From Octopus vulgaris (lineage: Eukaryota): 64,000 nucleotides of DNA. The notes beneath the pieces are model-generated. The model did no database searches, was not told the DNA's origin, and saw only the letters and a list, made by a program, of their open reading frames with translations. The DNA lies in the NCBI GenBank assembly GCA_951406725.2, contig OX597814.1, positions 21,700,001 through 21,764,000 of the forward strand. Direction: 5' to 3'. The first letter of the stretch is position 1; each line of letters begins with the position of its first letter. Made by a program: the position numbers and the translations under genes. This document shows, one piece after another, positions 52,816 through 64,000 of the stretch.

Positions 52816-53465
52816 GCGCAGGAGTGGCTGTGTGGTCGGAGTCTATCATTGAGATTGTGCCACCTCCTTTCCTCAGCAGGGAAAAGAAGGCTTGTTTTTC
52901 CTGCGTAGTAGCCATACTGAAAGAAACAGTATGGAAGACGCGTACGAAAGGTATAATGACAGGTACCTTTGTATTCGGCCAGGGGTTGGTCAACTTCTTC
53001 AGTTACCACCTCGGTAGTAAGATCAGGCTGGAAAAGAGGTGTCTGTCACGAGATATGTTTGCGAAAAGATGGAAGTCTGTAGCGTGCAAGCTGGGTATAT
53101 CTGGCACCAGGTAAGTGTGGCCGGATCAAGAAGTAAAGGTTCTACCCGGATGGCAGGGATCCGTGCCCTACTGTATAATACCAAATTTTAAAAACTTTAT
53201 ATTGTAAATATTATATATATTTTATTGTAATCACCAACGTTTTAAGCTACTACACCATATATGTTTGTCTGTATTTGTATGTCCCCTCTATGTAACGCCT
53301 TAATGGCGAATCTTTCATGAAATAAAGTAGCTTGCTAACCAACCACATGGTTCCGGGTTCAGTCCCACTGCGTGGCATCTTGGGTAAGTGTCTTCTGCTA
53401 TAGCCCCGGGCCGACCAATGCCTTGTTAGTGGATTTGGTTGACGGAAACTGAAAGAAGCCTGTCG

Positions 53466-53529
<64 letters not shown>

Positions 53530-53735
53530 TGTGTCTGTGTTTGTCCCCCTAGCATTGCTTGACAACCGATGTTGGTGTGTTTACGTCCCCGTCACTTAGC
53601 GGTTCAGCAAAAGAGACCGATAGAATAAGTACTGGGCTTACAAAGAATAAGTCCCGGGGTTGATTTGCTCGACTAAAGGTGGTGCTCCAGCATGGCCGCA
53701 GTCAAATGACTGAAACAAGTAAAAGAGTAAAGAGA
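52816..53735 (+). mobile_element. SINE family B split by a LINE insertion
   Basis: Head GCGCAGGAGTGGCTGTGTGGT at 52816-52836, body resumes AAGTAGCTTGCTAACC at 53325. Confidence 0.9.
52837..53324 (+). mobile_element. 3' end of a Tx1/L1-like LINE (ORF2 C-terminus plus 3' UTR)
   Basis: ..VAILKETVWKTR...LVNFFSYHL..KIRLEKRCLS..MFAKRW; ends near AATAAA. Confidence 0.65.
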
Positions 53736-54849
53736 GTCCCTGATAGCATCAATATTATTCAGTACACCTGGAACGGGTGGTTCTGTTAGGTGATTAAATC
53801 GTTGAGATCCTCTGTCAACTGCTGATGAAGTGTAAACTCTATGTAAATTAATTTTTTTGAGTTTTTTTTTTAATGAATTACTCAGAGAGAATATCACTAA
53901 CTTTTTTTTCGGGTTCACTGACACTTATATGGGGAATGAAAGAGGAGAAAAAAAAGGCATGGTCCGAATGCTTTCAACTAAGTGGATTCCACTGAAAACA
54001 CCTAATGGTGTTAAAGAGGGTGAAGAAATAAATCTAACTCCTAAAGATAGATATAGTCCATCGGAGGGACTTCCACACATAGTCCGTCCATGTTATTTCA
54101 TTCACAACACCGGGTCAGCCCGTTGCCGACAGTAGGAGATAACTTTGCCTAAAGTGTCGCGCAGTGGGATCAAACGTCGCCTCATGGGATTACCAAACAA
54201 ACTTATTAAATATACAGCCACGCCGGCGCTCTAAAGGACGAACGTTCAAATGAATAGAAAGCGAGAGCTCAGTTGTAAGTTTGAACTCGGGTCTCGTTAA
54301 TTGACGTCTTCGAGTAATTACCGCCCTACCACAATACGTAAAGCAACTGTCAGCTTTGTTATTAAACGTTTACATGAGGAATTCTGTTAAATATGACAAA
54401 TATATTTTCTCTCGCTTCTCTTCAAAGAATCGGATATAATCTTCTCGAATGCTACCTGTATTATAGGCTTGACCAGTAATATTTAAAATATAAATCGCTT
54501 TGTGGGTATACCGCAACCACCATAGATAAATAATAAACAACCACCCACCAATTATATACATACATATATATATATATATATATGATCGTTTTGTGAGAAT
54601 TAGTATTAACTGAATTATGAACATGCACACACACACATAAGCATACTTTATACCACCAAGTCGTGTGAAAAAAAAATCCCTTTCAGTAAAAATTCTCCTG
54701 TACCCTATTTATGAGCCACAGAAACTACCATTTTAAGGCTGCAAGTGTCGCAAGATTAACTAACAGTAACAGTAGTATTCTTAACGTAATAATGAACATG
54801 ACGAGAGCACTACTTGCACTGCTACTGGTTTGACTGTAGTGCTCCTAGA

Positions 54850-55318
54850 CATAAGCAGCAGCAACAACAGCAGCAGCAGCTATTGGTAAATTACAGTTAG
54901 GCGAGCTTCAGCTGAACTAGTCGTCAGCTCTGTCAGTCGCTGGATTTGGCTGTGATGTGTAGTGTTTGTTATAAGCTGAACTCTCCACTTCCTAATGCTA
55001 GCGCCGGCGTGTTGTGTGTACAGGATACACACACAAGCTTTATTCTAATCAACGAAAACATTTATTTTCATTTACAAACAAGGAATTGACTGTATGTGTA
55101 GATCATTTTTTTAAATCGAATTTAGAGTGCAGTAGTAAAATTCCAAAAACAAAGTAAAAAAATAAAAAAAAAGAACTTTATTTTAAGTTGTAATTTATTA
55201 TATCTATTTTAATGTTATTCGAAACACTACGCAAACGTTTTCTGTTAGAATACACAGTGTTGGTCTTATCCAGTGAAGATCTTTGACTTCAGTTTCCTTT
55301 ACATCTGCTCATTCCATC
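54850..55318 (+). promoter_or_regulatory. Putative promoter and 5' UTR of the downstream gene
   Basis: TE-free stretch; ATTGG (reverse CCAAT) near 54882, TCAGT initiator-like near 54933, local CpG cluster. Confidence 0.35.
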
Positions 55319-55535
55319 ATGTCGTCCCCTCCACAGAGATTCACTGTCGTAGAAGCTGATGAAGAAGTCCCACTTGGCGAGGTTGGTGAATCAAGTCCAA
55401 CTAAAGGTAATGACAGCAAGGGGAACCAACAGCGCGATTATGGATCTGTACCTTCATCTTCTCCAACATCCCCATCCGGAGAAATACCAACTATTAGAAT
55501 CATTGATGACAACAACGGGAAATCTGCTAACTACG
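55319..55535 (+). CDS. First coding exon of a host gene, probably an SLC12A cation-chloride (K-Cl) cotransporter
   Basis: ATC-ATG start, MSSPPQRFTVVEADEE...RDYGSV..., non-repetitive coding-like composition, phase-1 donor G|GTAGGT; N-terminal RF(T/Q)V motif as in KCC proteins. Confidence 0.6.
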
Positions 55536-56556
55536 GTAGGTGTATCTACCTTCTTAGTTTCTAGCATTCTTCATTCATTCATTCATTTCTTGTTTATTTG
55601 TTTCAATTGTGTATAAATGAGATGTTGGCCAGTGCCAAATAGATTATACTGCAACCATATTACATCACAAGAATACTAGATCTTTCCTTATGGTCATTTC
55701 AAGGTAGAAATTCTTCAGCATTAATCTAACCTTGAATGGAAAATTTGCGGATATTTGTAATTTCCCAAATCGTTTTCAAATCTTCCTAAGTTCTGATTTC
55801 TCGCTTTCTTTGTTATCAGTGTATTATGGATATTATTGATTTCTGTCTGAGGCACAAGGCCAAACATTTGTAGAAAGGAATGGGATTGTGTGACGTTCAT
55901 CCATTTCTCGGTGGTTACAAATAACAGCATTCTTAATATTCAAGGTTAGAAATTATAATTGTTACTACGAAAGGATTCGTTTCCCCCCTCCCCCCTATCG
56001 TTATTTCTTCAAATTGCGTGTTTAAAAGAACACAAAAGAAAACTTGTGGAAAATATAATAGATATCTGAAAGATGTTGCGACTTGGTTAACTGGTGTTGT
56101 AATATATGCAGGGGGGTTCAGAATTTGGAAAGAAAACCCCCAAAAAAGAAAGAAAAATAGGTGGTACTGTCATTTTTATCAAAATATGTATGAAGTAAGA
56201 ATGACTAGTTGTTAGTGGGTAGTTGAACAAAAAATGGTTGCGATTCTTATATATTTTTAATTTTTAATTATTCTATTAAATTCGGCGTAGGATCATAGAG
56301 AAACATTTAAACAATTATTCATTTATGTTATTATGACGTGGAAGTCTATGAATAAAGTCAGTGCTTGTGTTGTAGTGTTTGGTGTGCGCGCTTGAGTTTT
56401 AGAGTGTATGTGTGTTCGTAAAGGGTGAAGACAGAGTAATTAAGGAGTAGATTAGTCACATCTTCCTCCATTTCCGCCCCCATCCATGCTAATATTTTAT
56501 TCGTTTATTTATCAATATTATTATTATTGTTATTATTATTATCATCATCATCATTA

Positions 56557-56594
<38 letters not shown>

Positions 56595-58429
56595 GACTTA
56601 CTAGGATCTTGCGTCGACACTTAAATCTTTCAAGTTGTATTCCTTGTTCTGCTACTTAAACCTATACTCACTTAATTAGTACTGTCATATTCCAAATTTA
56701 GATAGATAGATAGATCTGCGTGTTTGCGTGCGTATGTAAGAGCGCGCGCGTGTGCGTAATCAATGCTTCTCAAGAACATTTGCTTTGCGGGGAAATAGTC
56801 ATTTGTGAGGGATCGGAAAAAAAAAACAACATATGAATAAACAATGAAAATAATTTAATGTAAAACCTCTCAAAATAATCTGTTTGATGGTCTTTTTCAT
56901 TCTCTCTTTCATTTTTCTTTTCTTTTCTTTTATATATATATATTATTTGATTTGTCAAGGATCAGTTAGCAATGTTTTCATCGCTTCCTGCAACAGAAAA
57001 TGCGGCGAGGGAGGGGGAGAACACATGACCAGCAATTCTGTAATGACAGGTGTCAGTCGACAAAGATGTCTAACTGGTGTTTAAATTTTTGTAAAACGAT
57101 TCCTTCTTTATATTTAAGTTTCATTTTACTTTTATTTTGTAGTGATTACTGGTCACTGGAATAATTATTAGACAGAGCAAACAAACAAACAAAAAATGAC
57201 AATTAGAAGCAAAGAAATTTTCTAGCTTTATGTTTTTCTTTCAATAAATATTAAAAAAAAAGTTCCAACAATAATTTAGATAAACCCGAAATTCTATATT
57301 TCTCTGTATCCTCGTATTTAATTATTTATTTCTTGCCTTCTTTTCGGTTTTCATTGCATTTTATTTCACAAAATATTTATTATTTCTTTGTTTCGCAATC
57401 GAAACACGATGTTTCTTTACTTCTTTCTACGCTTTATTTTATTTATGTTTTTTTTCTTCTTTTTATCACTTTTGAGAGGAGAGATTAAGTTAAACGTCAT
57501 CCAATCTTAACCAGCAGAATAAACAGAGATAGGCGCAATCTGCTTAAAATACCAACAAATCCATTCCTCACATCATTTGCTACCGTCTTTTACAAGGACA
57601 CTTTTTCAATGAAGTCTAAGATGCAGTGTCTTAAGACACGATGGTCAAAGCTGGAGCAGCTAAGATCATCATCGGCGCTCGATGAAGGGATCACTACAAC
57701 AGCGACATAGCACTCGTCTATATACACTGGTGTATATATGTGCAGTCGTTCACGAGCATTTATATTAATATGCAAAAGTTTATATATGCATTTACGGATG
57801 CTGTGCAGAATATCGTATGTACGTACGTAGCTACGGGTGTACATCCACGCAGGTATGCATATGAGGGCATATACATATATTGATGTAAATGAATATAAGC
57901 ATATTGGTGTAGACATACATCTACACCAATGTATGTGCATATGAACGATGTACATTGGTGGATGTATATATAACATATAAACACATATGCATAATAGTGT
58001 ATGTGTGTGTATTACACACGCAAGTTCATATAGGTATGTGTGAGTGTTTGTGCACATAAAGCTATAGACGTTTGTGTATGTGTGTATTAGAATATCACGA
58101 TGTGTATATTTATGTAGATAGATAGATAGATAGGAGAGAGAGAGAAAAAGAGATAGATAGATATAGATATACATATATATGCTACATTAAAAATTCAATA
58201 TTAACTTATTATCTTCAAGTTATACATTGTTATTGGAAAGATTTTTCATATTTCTTTATTACTACCGAAGATTAAACTTGACCATACTTATGTTTATAAT
58301 ATAAAACGTTTGAGAAAAAAAACCTGTTCGTATTTAGATAAACACGGACATAATCATATTGGTATGCTTATCTGTGTGTGTGTGTGTGTGTGTGCAAACA
58401 TCTTTGTATCATCCATCTCTCTCTCTCTC

Positions 58430-58432
58430 TCT

Positions 58433-58481
<49 letters not shown>

Positions 58482-58493
58482 TAGACGCATATA

Positions 58494-58545
<52 letters not shown>

Positions 58546-59220
58546 ATATTTATAAACTATATAGATATATATGCATGCATATAATATATATATGCATATA
58601 TATATATATATAATATATAATGTATATTTATAAACTTATATAGATATATATGCATGCATATAATATATATATGCATATATATATATATAGATATAGATAT
58701 ATACATGCATATAATAGATATATATATATATATATATATATAGATATAGATATATACATGCATATAATATATATATATATGCATTTGCATATATATTATA
58801 TATATATCCATATATATAATATATAATATGTATATGCTTGCATATAATTATATATATGTATATACATGCATATGATATAAATATATATACATGCATATAA
58901 TATATTATATATACATGCACATAATATATATATATATTATATATAGATGCATATGATATATAATATATATATATAGATGCATATAATACATATGTACACA
59001 TATATATAGATGCATATAATATATATATATACACATATATATACATGCATATAATATATGCATATGCATATAATATATACATATATAGACATGCACATAT
59101 ATATAATGTATGTCTACATAAAATGCATGTGTGATTGTATATATGTATATAATTATGCATTTACATGTGTGTGTGTGTGTATGTGTACATACACATATAT
59201 ATGCATTACGCATATGTACG

Positions 59221-59254
<34 letters not shown>

Positions 59255-59290
59255 TACACTCACATATATACACATACACTCATATAAATA
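58430..59290. repeat. Long degenerate (TA)n/TATGCA low-complexity tract
   Basis: Direct inspection; similar tract at 62740-63070. Confidence 0.95.
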
Positions 59291-59689
59291 TGAAAACATA
59301 TTTAAATTTAGATTTATATACATTTATAAATCATTAATTTTGATAAATGTATATATATTCCCAACCCCGTCTTCATTTACTGCCTGCTTTCCATATTTGC
59401 ATGTGTTGAATGCATCTTCATAGCGAGAATCAGCATGGATTCAAGAGTGCTGCTCACCTAGATAGGTTGACAAGATCTCTTCTTGCATCCATTTCATTTT
59501 ATCTTTAGTTGCTACAGCATCATAACATAGCAAACACCATCCACTTCACTAAGTTAAATGAATGTATTTGTTTTGTTGTTTTTGTTGTTTTTGTTTTGTT
59601 GGGTTTTTTTTTTTTTTTTTGTGATACCAGTAATGAAGTGTCGCGACCTTGACAAAACTATGAAACTCACAAATTCTCATACTTTAGAG

Positions 59690-59961
59690 CAGGAGTCAGG
59701 GGAACATTTTTAACCAGTTACTCCAAAATATATTTATTTACACTAACGTTGCCCACTTGATTTGAAATGAAGAAAATCATAGATTCTTTAAATTCAAAAG
59801 GTCTGTTGAATCTATTTATATGAATCTATTTAACATCCATTACACTGGATAGATGCAATGCTGCCTGAAGAAAAAATTCTGTCGTAACATTTTATGTAAT
59901 TATGCCAAATGAGTCCTCATTACCCCATTTGGAGTAATTTACCCTAGTTCGCCAACCCCTG
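59690..59961. mobile_element. hAT (Charlie-like) MITE
   Basis: CAGGAGTC.. and ..GTTCGCCAACCCCTG termini; imperfect 8-bp TSD CTTTAGAG/CTCTAGCG. Confidence 0.55.
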
Positions 59962-61479
59962 CTCTAGCGAGTGGGGTACATTTATATGGGGTGTATTTTT
60001 GCATGCACCAGCACTAGAAAGGTGTCTATAGCATCAACATCACTGAAGACACTTCAGAACACTATGGTACTGCTCACTTACTAGCTTCTTTATAGAAGCA
60101 TGAGTGACAGAACATGAAGCATGAGTGACAGAAGTATAAATGGTAGCAATGAGAGGAATCTACGATAGGAGGTGAAGTGGTAGGAGTAGTCGATACTCTG
60201 CAATAAGTACTTACAGTCAAGGCAACAGGCAAAGTGACTAAGATTTCAGAGAGACGACATATGTCCATGTGATCAAAGATGTGAGGGAGAAGGAGGATGG
60301 ATTCGCTGGCAAAGTGACATGAGATGATGATTGGATGGGTGTACAGCAGTGGAGGGTGAGGAATGAGTGAACTGGGCATAAGTGGTCTAAGGTAACCACC
60401 TGTACACAGGTAATGCAATGCACTGGAAGGGAGAAGTGATGAGTGTTGTGGCAGGGAGGTGGAAAGCAAGGGTGTCCTGTACGCACACACATAAGTGTAT
60501 GTACATGCTTGTGTGTCTTATGTAATATGTATGGGTGTGTGTATAAATGTGTGAGTATATATATGTGTATGAGTGTGTGTGTGTGTATACAGGCATGGTT
60601 ATGTGGTTGAGAATCTTGCATCATAATCTTGTACTATATCCTCAGACCAACCAAAACCTTATTTGTGGATTTGGTGTACAGAAACTGGAAAAAGATAAAA
60701 CAATCGTGTGCGCATGTCTGTGTGTGTGAGGGTGGTGTGTATGGGCACATGCATGAGTGAGCACATATATGTGTGGGGGCTTATGTATGTGTGTATGTAT
60801 GTGTGGTTGCACTCGTGTGTGTGTCTGTGTTGTAGCCTTGATTTGTCATCACGTCACGGTTGTAAAGATTCATCACCATCATGCATACAATGCTGTTTAT
60901 TTCCAAACATCTGTGAAAATAAATGTCAGGCCACGGGAAATTATTACCGTGCTTAGAAATGGATGAGTGTTGGCTACAGAAGAACATCTGGCCCCAGAAA
61001 ATTTGCTTCAACAATTCCCACTTGACCCATGCACACATGGAAACATGGGTATTAAGTGATGAGGATGATGATGATATATATATAAATGATATATACACCA
61101 AAATATATGTATATGTGTGTAGATATATATAACTATATATGCATGTGTCTTTCTATGTATATGTAGCTCTACCAATGCCAGCATGGAAGATGGATGTTAA
61201 GCGATGATGTCAGTCCATATATGTATTCATATGTAAAATTTAGCTATATCTGAGGATAACACAGGTATATATTGATATATGTATATATATGAATTTGTGT
61301 ATGTAATATAGGTAAAGTATTTTCATGTATGTATTCTATGTACGGATTTATTAATATACCTATTATATGATTATATATGAATAAACATATGCATACATTT
61401 CTGGGTAGATATGTATAGATTTATACATATACATATATATATATGTGTGAATATATATATATATATGTGTATGTGTGTG

Positions 61480-61675
61480 TGTGTGTTTGTCCCCCTAGCA
61501 TTGCTTGACAACCGATGCTGGTGTGTTTACGTCCCCGTCATCTAGCGGTTCGGCAAAAGAGACCGATAGAATAAGTACTGGGCTTACAAAGAATAAGTCC
61601 CGGGGTCGATTTGCTCGACTAAAGGCGTTGCTCCAGCATGGCCGCAGTCAAATGACTGAAACAAGTAAAAGAGAA
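61480..61675 (+). mobile_element. SINE family B 3' half
   Basis: Matches 53540-53730. Confidence 0.85.
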
Positions 61676-61896
61676 AAAAAAGATATATATATATATATAT
61701 ATATGCATATATATGTGTGTGCGTGTGTGTATACCTTCCTAAATGTATATATATATATATATACATACATGTATATATATATATATACATACTTATACAT
61801 ATATAGATATACATACAAATGTATATGTATATATCTATATATATACATATATACATATCTATAGATACATACATATATACATGTACTTATATACAT

Positions 61897-62703
61897 CATC
61901 ATCATCATCATTTAGCGTCCGTTCTCCATGCTAGCATGGGTTGGACAGTTCAACTGGGGTCTGTGAAGCTGGAAGGCTTCATCAGGCCCAGTCAGATCTG
62001 GCAGTGTTTCTACGGCTGAATGCCCTTCCTAACGCCAACCACTCCGTGAGTGTAGTGGGTGCTTTTTACGTGCCACCCGCACAGGTGCCAGACAGAGCTG
62101 GCAAACGGCCACGAACGGATGGTGCTTTTACGTGTCACCGGTACGGGGCCAGTCGAGGCTGGCAACGGACACGACGGATGGTGCTTTTACGTGCCACCAA
62201 CACGGGGGCCAGACAGAGCTGGCAAACGGCCACGAACGGATGTTGCTTTTACGTGTCACCGGTACGGGGCCAGGCGAGGCTGGCAACGGACACGAGCGGA
62301 TGGTGCTTTTACGTGCCACCAACACGGGGGCCAGACAGAGCTGGCAAACGGCCACGAAACGGATGGTGCTTTTACGTGTCCCCGGCACGGGGGCCAGGCG
62401 AGGCTGGCAACGGACACGAACGGATGGTGCTTTTACATGTCACCGACATGGGGGCCAGACAGGGCTGGCAAACGGCCACAAACGGATGGTGCTTTTACGT
62501 GTCACCGGCACGGGGGCCAGACAGAGCTGGCAAACGGCCACAAATGGATGGTGCTTTTACGTGTCACCGGCACGGGGGCCAGGCCAGGCTGGCAACGAAC
62601 ACGAACGGATGGTGCTTTTACGTGCCACCGACACGGGGGCCAGACAGGGCTGGCAAACGGCTACGAACAGATGGTGCTTTTACGTGTCATCTGCATGGGG
62701 GCC
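61897..62703 (-). mobile_element. SINE-like retroelement with (GAT)n tail carrying a ~61-bp VNTR (62059-62703, ~10.5 units)
   Basis: Reverse-strand end GGACGCTAAATGATGATG; unit GTGCTTTTACGTGYCACCGGCACGGGGGCCAG...CTGGCAA..GG.CACGAACGGATG. Confidence 0.75.
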
Positions 62704-63513
62704 CTGATGTTGATCGACCTCAATTTGGTTTGATCATACATATATAATTATACATATATGTATATATCTATATATATATACATATATGTATATATCTATA
62801 TATATATATATCTATAGATATATAGATATATATATACATACATATAGATATATACATACATATAGATATATACATATATACATACATATATATATACATA
62901 TATACATACATATATATATACATATATACATACATATATATATACATATATACATACATATATATATATACATATATACATACATATATATATATACATA
63001 TATACATATATAGATATATATATATATACATATATAGATATATATATATACATATATATATATATTATATAGAGTGCATTATTACACATAAATGCCACAC
63101 GCTAGGAGGGACTTTTAAAGTCATAACTACCAAAAATAAACAAATCATACTGAATGCAATTCTTGAAGCGAGTCATTTAAAAACAGAATTTAGTTCCAAT
63201 CACCTGTGATTTTGCAATTAACGTATTATCTACGTCTCTTGCTCTTCAGTGAAATGAATTCAAAATATATCATGAATGAATAAAACCAACATACCAGGTG
63301 GAACCAGACAGACAACCGTCGCCTCCATCGTAGCACATGAAAATGTTCACCCCTCATATATTTATGTAAATGGCGGGCTTTTTCGAATTGCATTTTGGTA
63401 AGAAACGTGCATATACATATATATATATATATATACATCTATACATATATATATATACATATATATATATATTATATATATATATACATATATACATACA
63501 TATATATATATAT

Positions 63514-63812
63514 CACCGTGACCGACCAGGCTATCAGATGTTGCTACACGTCGCTGGTCACAATGCGCTTTGCATTGTTGTAGCCTCCAAATGACGCCAC
63601 CCCGCTGGCTAAGTGAGCAGGCCAACAGAAGAAAGAGTGAGAGTAAGTTGTGGTGAAAGAGTACAGCAGGGATCGCCACCACCCCCTGCCGTATCCTCGT
63701 GGAGCTTTAAGTGTTTTCACTCAATAAACACTCACAACGCCCGATCTGGGAATTGAAACCGCGATCCTACAACCGCAAGTCTGCTGCCTTAACCACTGGG
63801 CCATTGCGCCTC

Positions 63813-63814
<2 letters not shown>
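63514..63814 (-). mobile_element. SINE family C with CpG decay
   Basis: Reverse complement of 50946-51254 with many CG to TG/CA changes. Confidence 0.9.
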
Positions 63815-63888
<74 letters not shown>

Positions 63889-64000
63889 TATACATATGCA
63901 TTTTTTTTTTTTTGAGTTTTAGGTCAGAGCTGTGGCCATGCTGGAGCACCGTCATTTTGCTTCACTATTATTACTCAGAGCCTCCTCTAACATGTGGCAC

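Noticed and set aside
57590-58174. 194-aa minus-strand ORF
   Set aside because: Degenerate TA/TG low-complexity intronic sequence with no domain
62059-62703. CRISPR-like array (conserved GGATGGTGCTTTTACGTG with intervening sequence)
   Set aside because: Intervening sequences are two alternating related variants, not unique spacers; eukaryotic context and no cas genes
61941-62747. 268-aa and overlapping ORFs as a protein-coding gene
   Set aside because: Open in all three frames only because the repeat unit lacks stops; unit lengths vary without preserving frame

Overview
AT-rich eukaryotic (metazoan) genomic DNA, dominated by repeats. The mix of tRNA-derived SINE families, RTE/CR1/R4/HERO/Tx1 LINEs, Tc1/mariner, Helitrons and very long microsatellites suggests an octopus/cephalopod genome (inference). 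Positions 1 to about 54.8 kb look intergenic and are almost entirely transposon debris. One probable host coding exon lies at 55319-55535. It is a first coding exon with an N-terminal RFTVV motif resembling SLC12A K-Cl cotransporters, and the rest of the window looks like its intron. Most long ORFs in the track are microsatellite artefacts. Most interesting signals: (1) head-to-tail SINE concatemers at three loci that all join at the same nucleotide in the tRNA-like anticodon hairpin, suggesting self-targeting insertion or rolling-circle copying of a circular SINE RNA; (2) several Penelope-type type I hammerhead ribozyme motifs, one possibly part of a tRNA-headed SINE; (3) a Tx1-like LINE end inserted exactly into a SINE tRNA head; (4) a SINE carrying a structured ~61-bp A/B higher-order VNTR; (5) (TAA)n-specific R4/Dong elements plus a candidate non-autonomous partner; (6) a CpG-decay footprint in the intronic SINE copy. 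Family names come from motif recognition by eye; no database searches were run.
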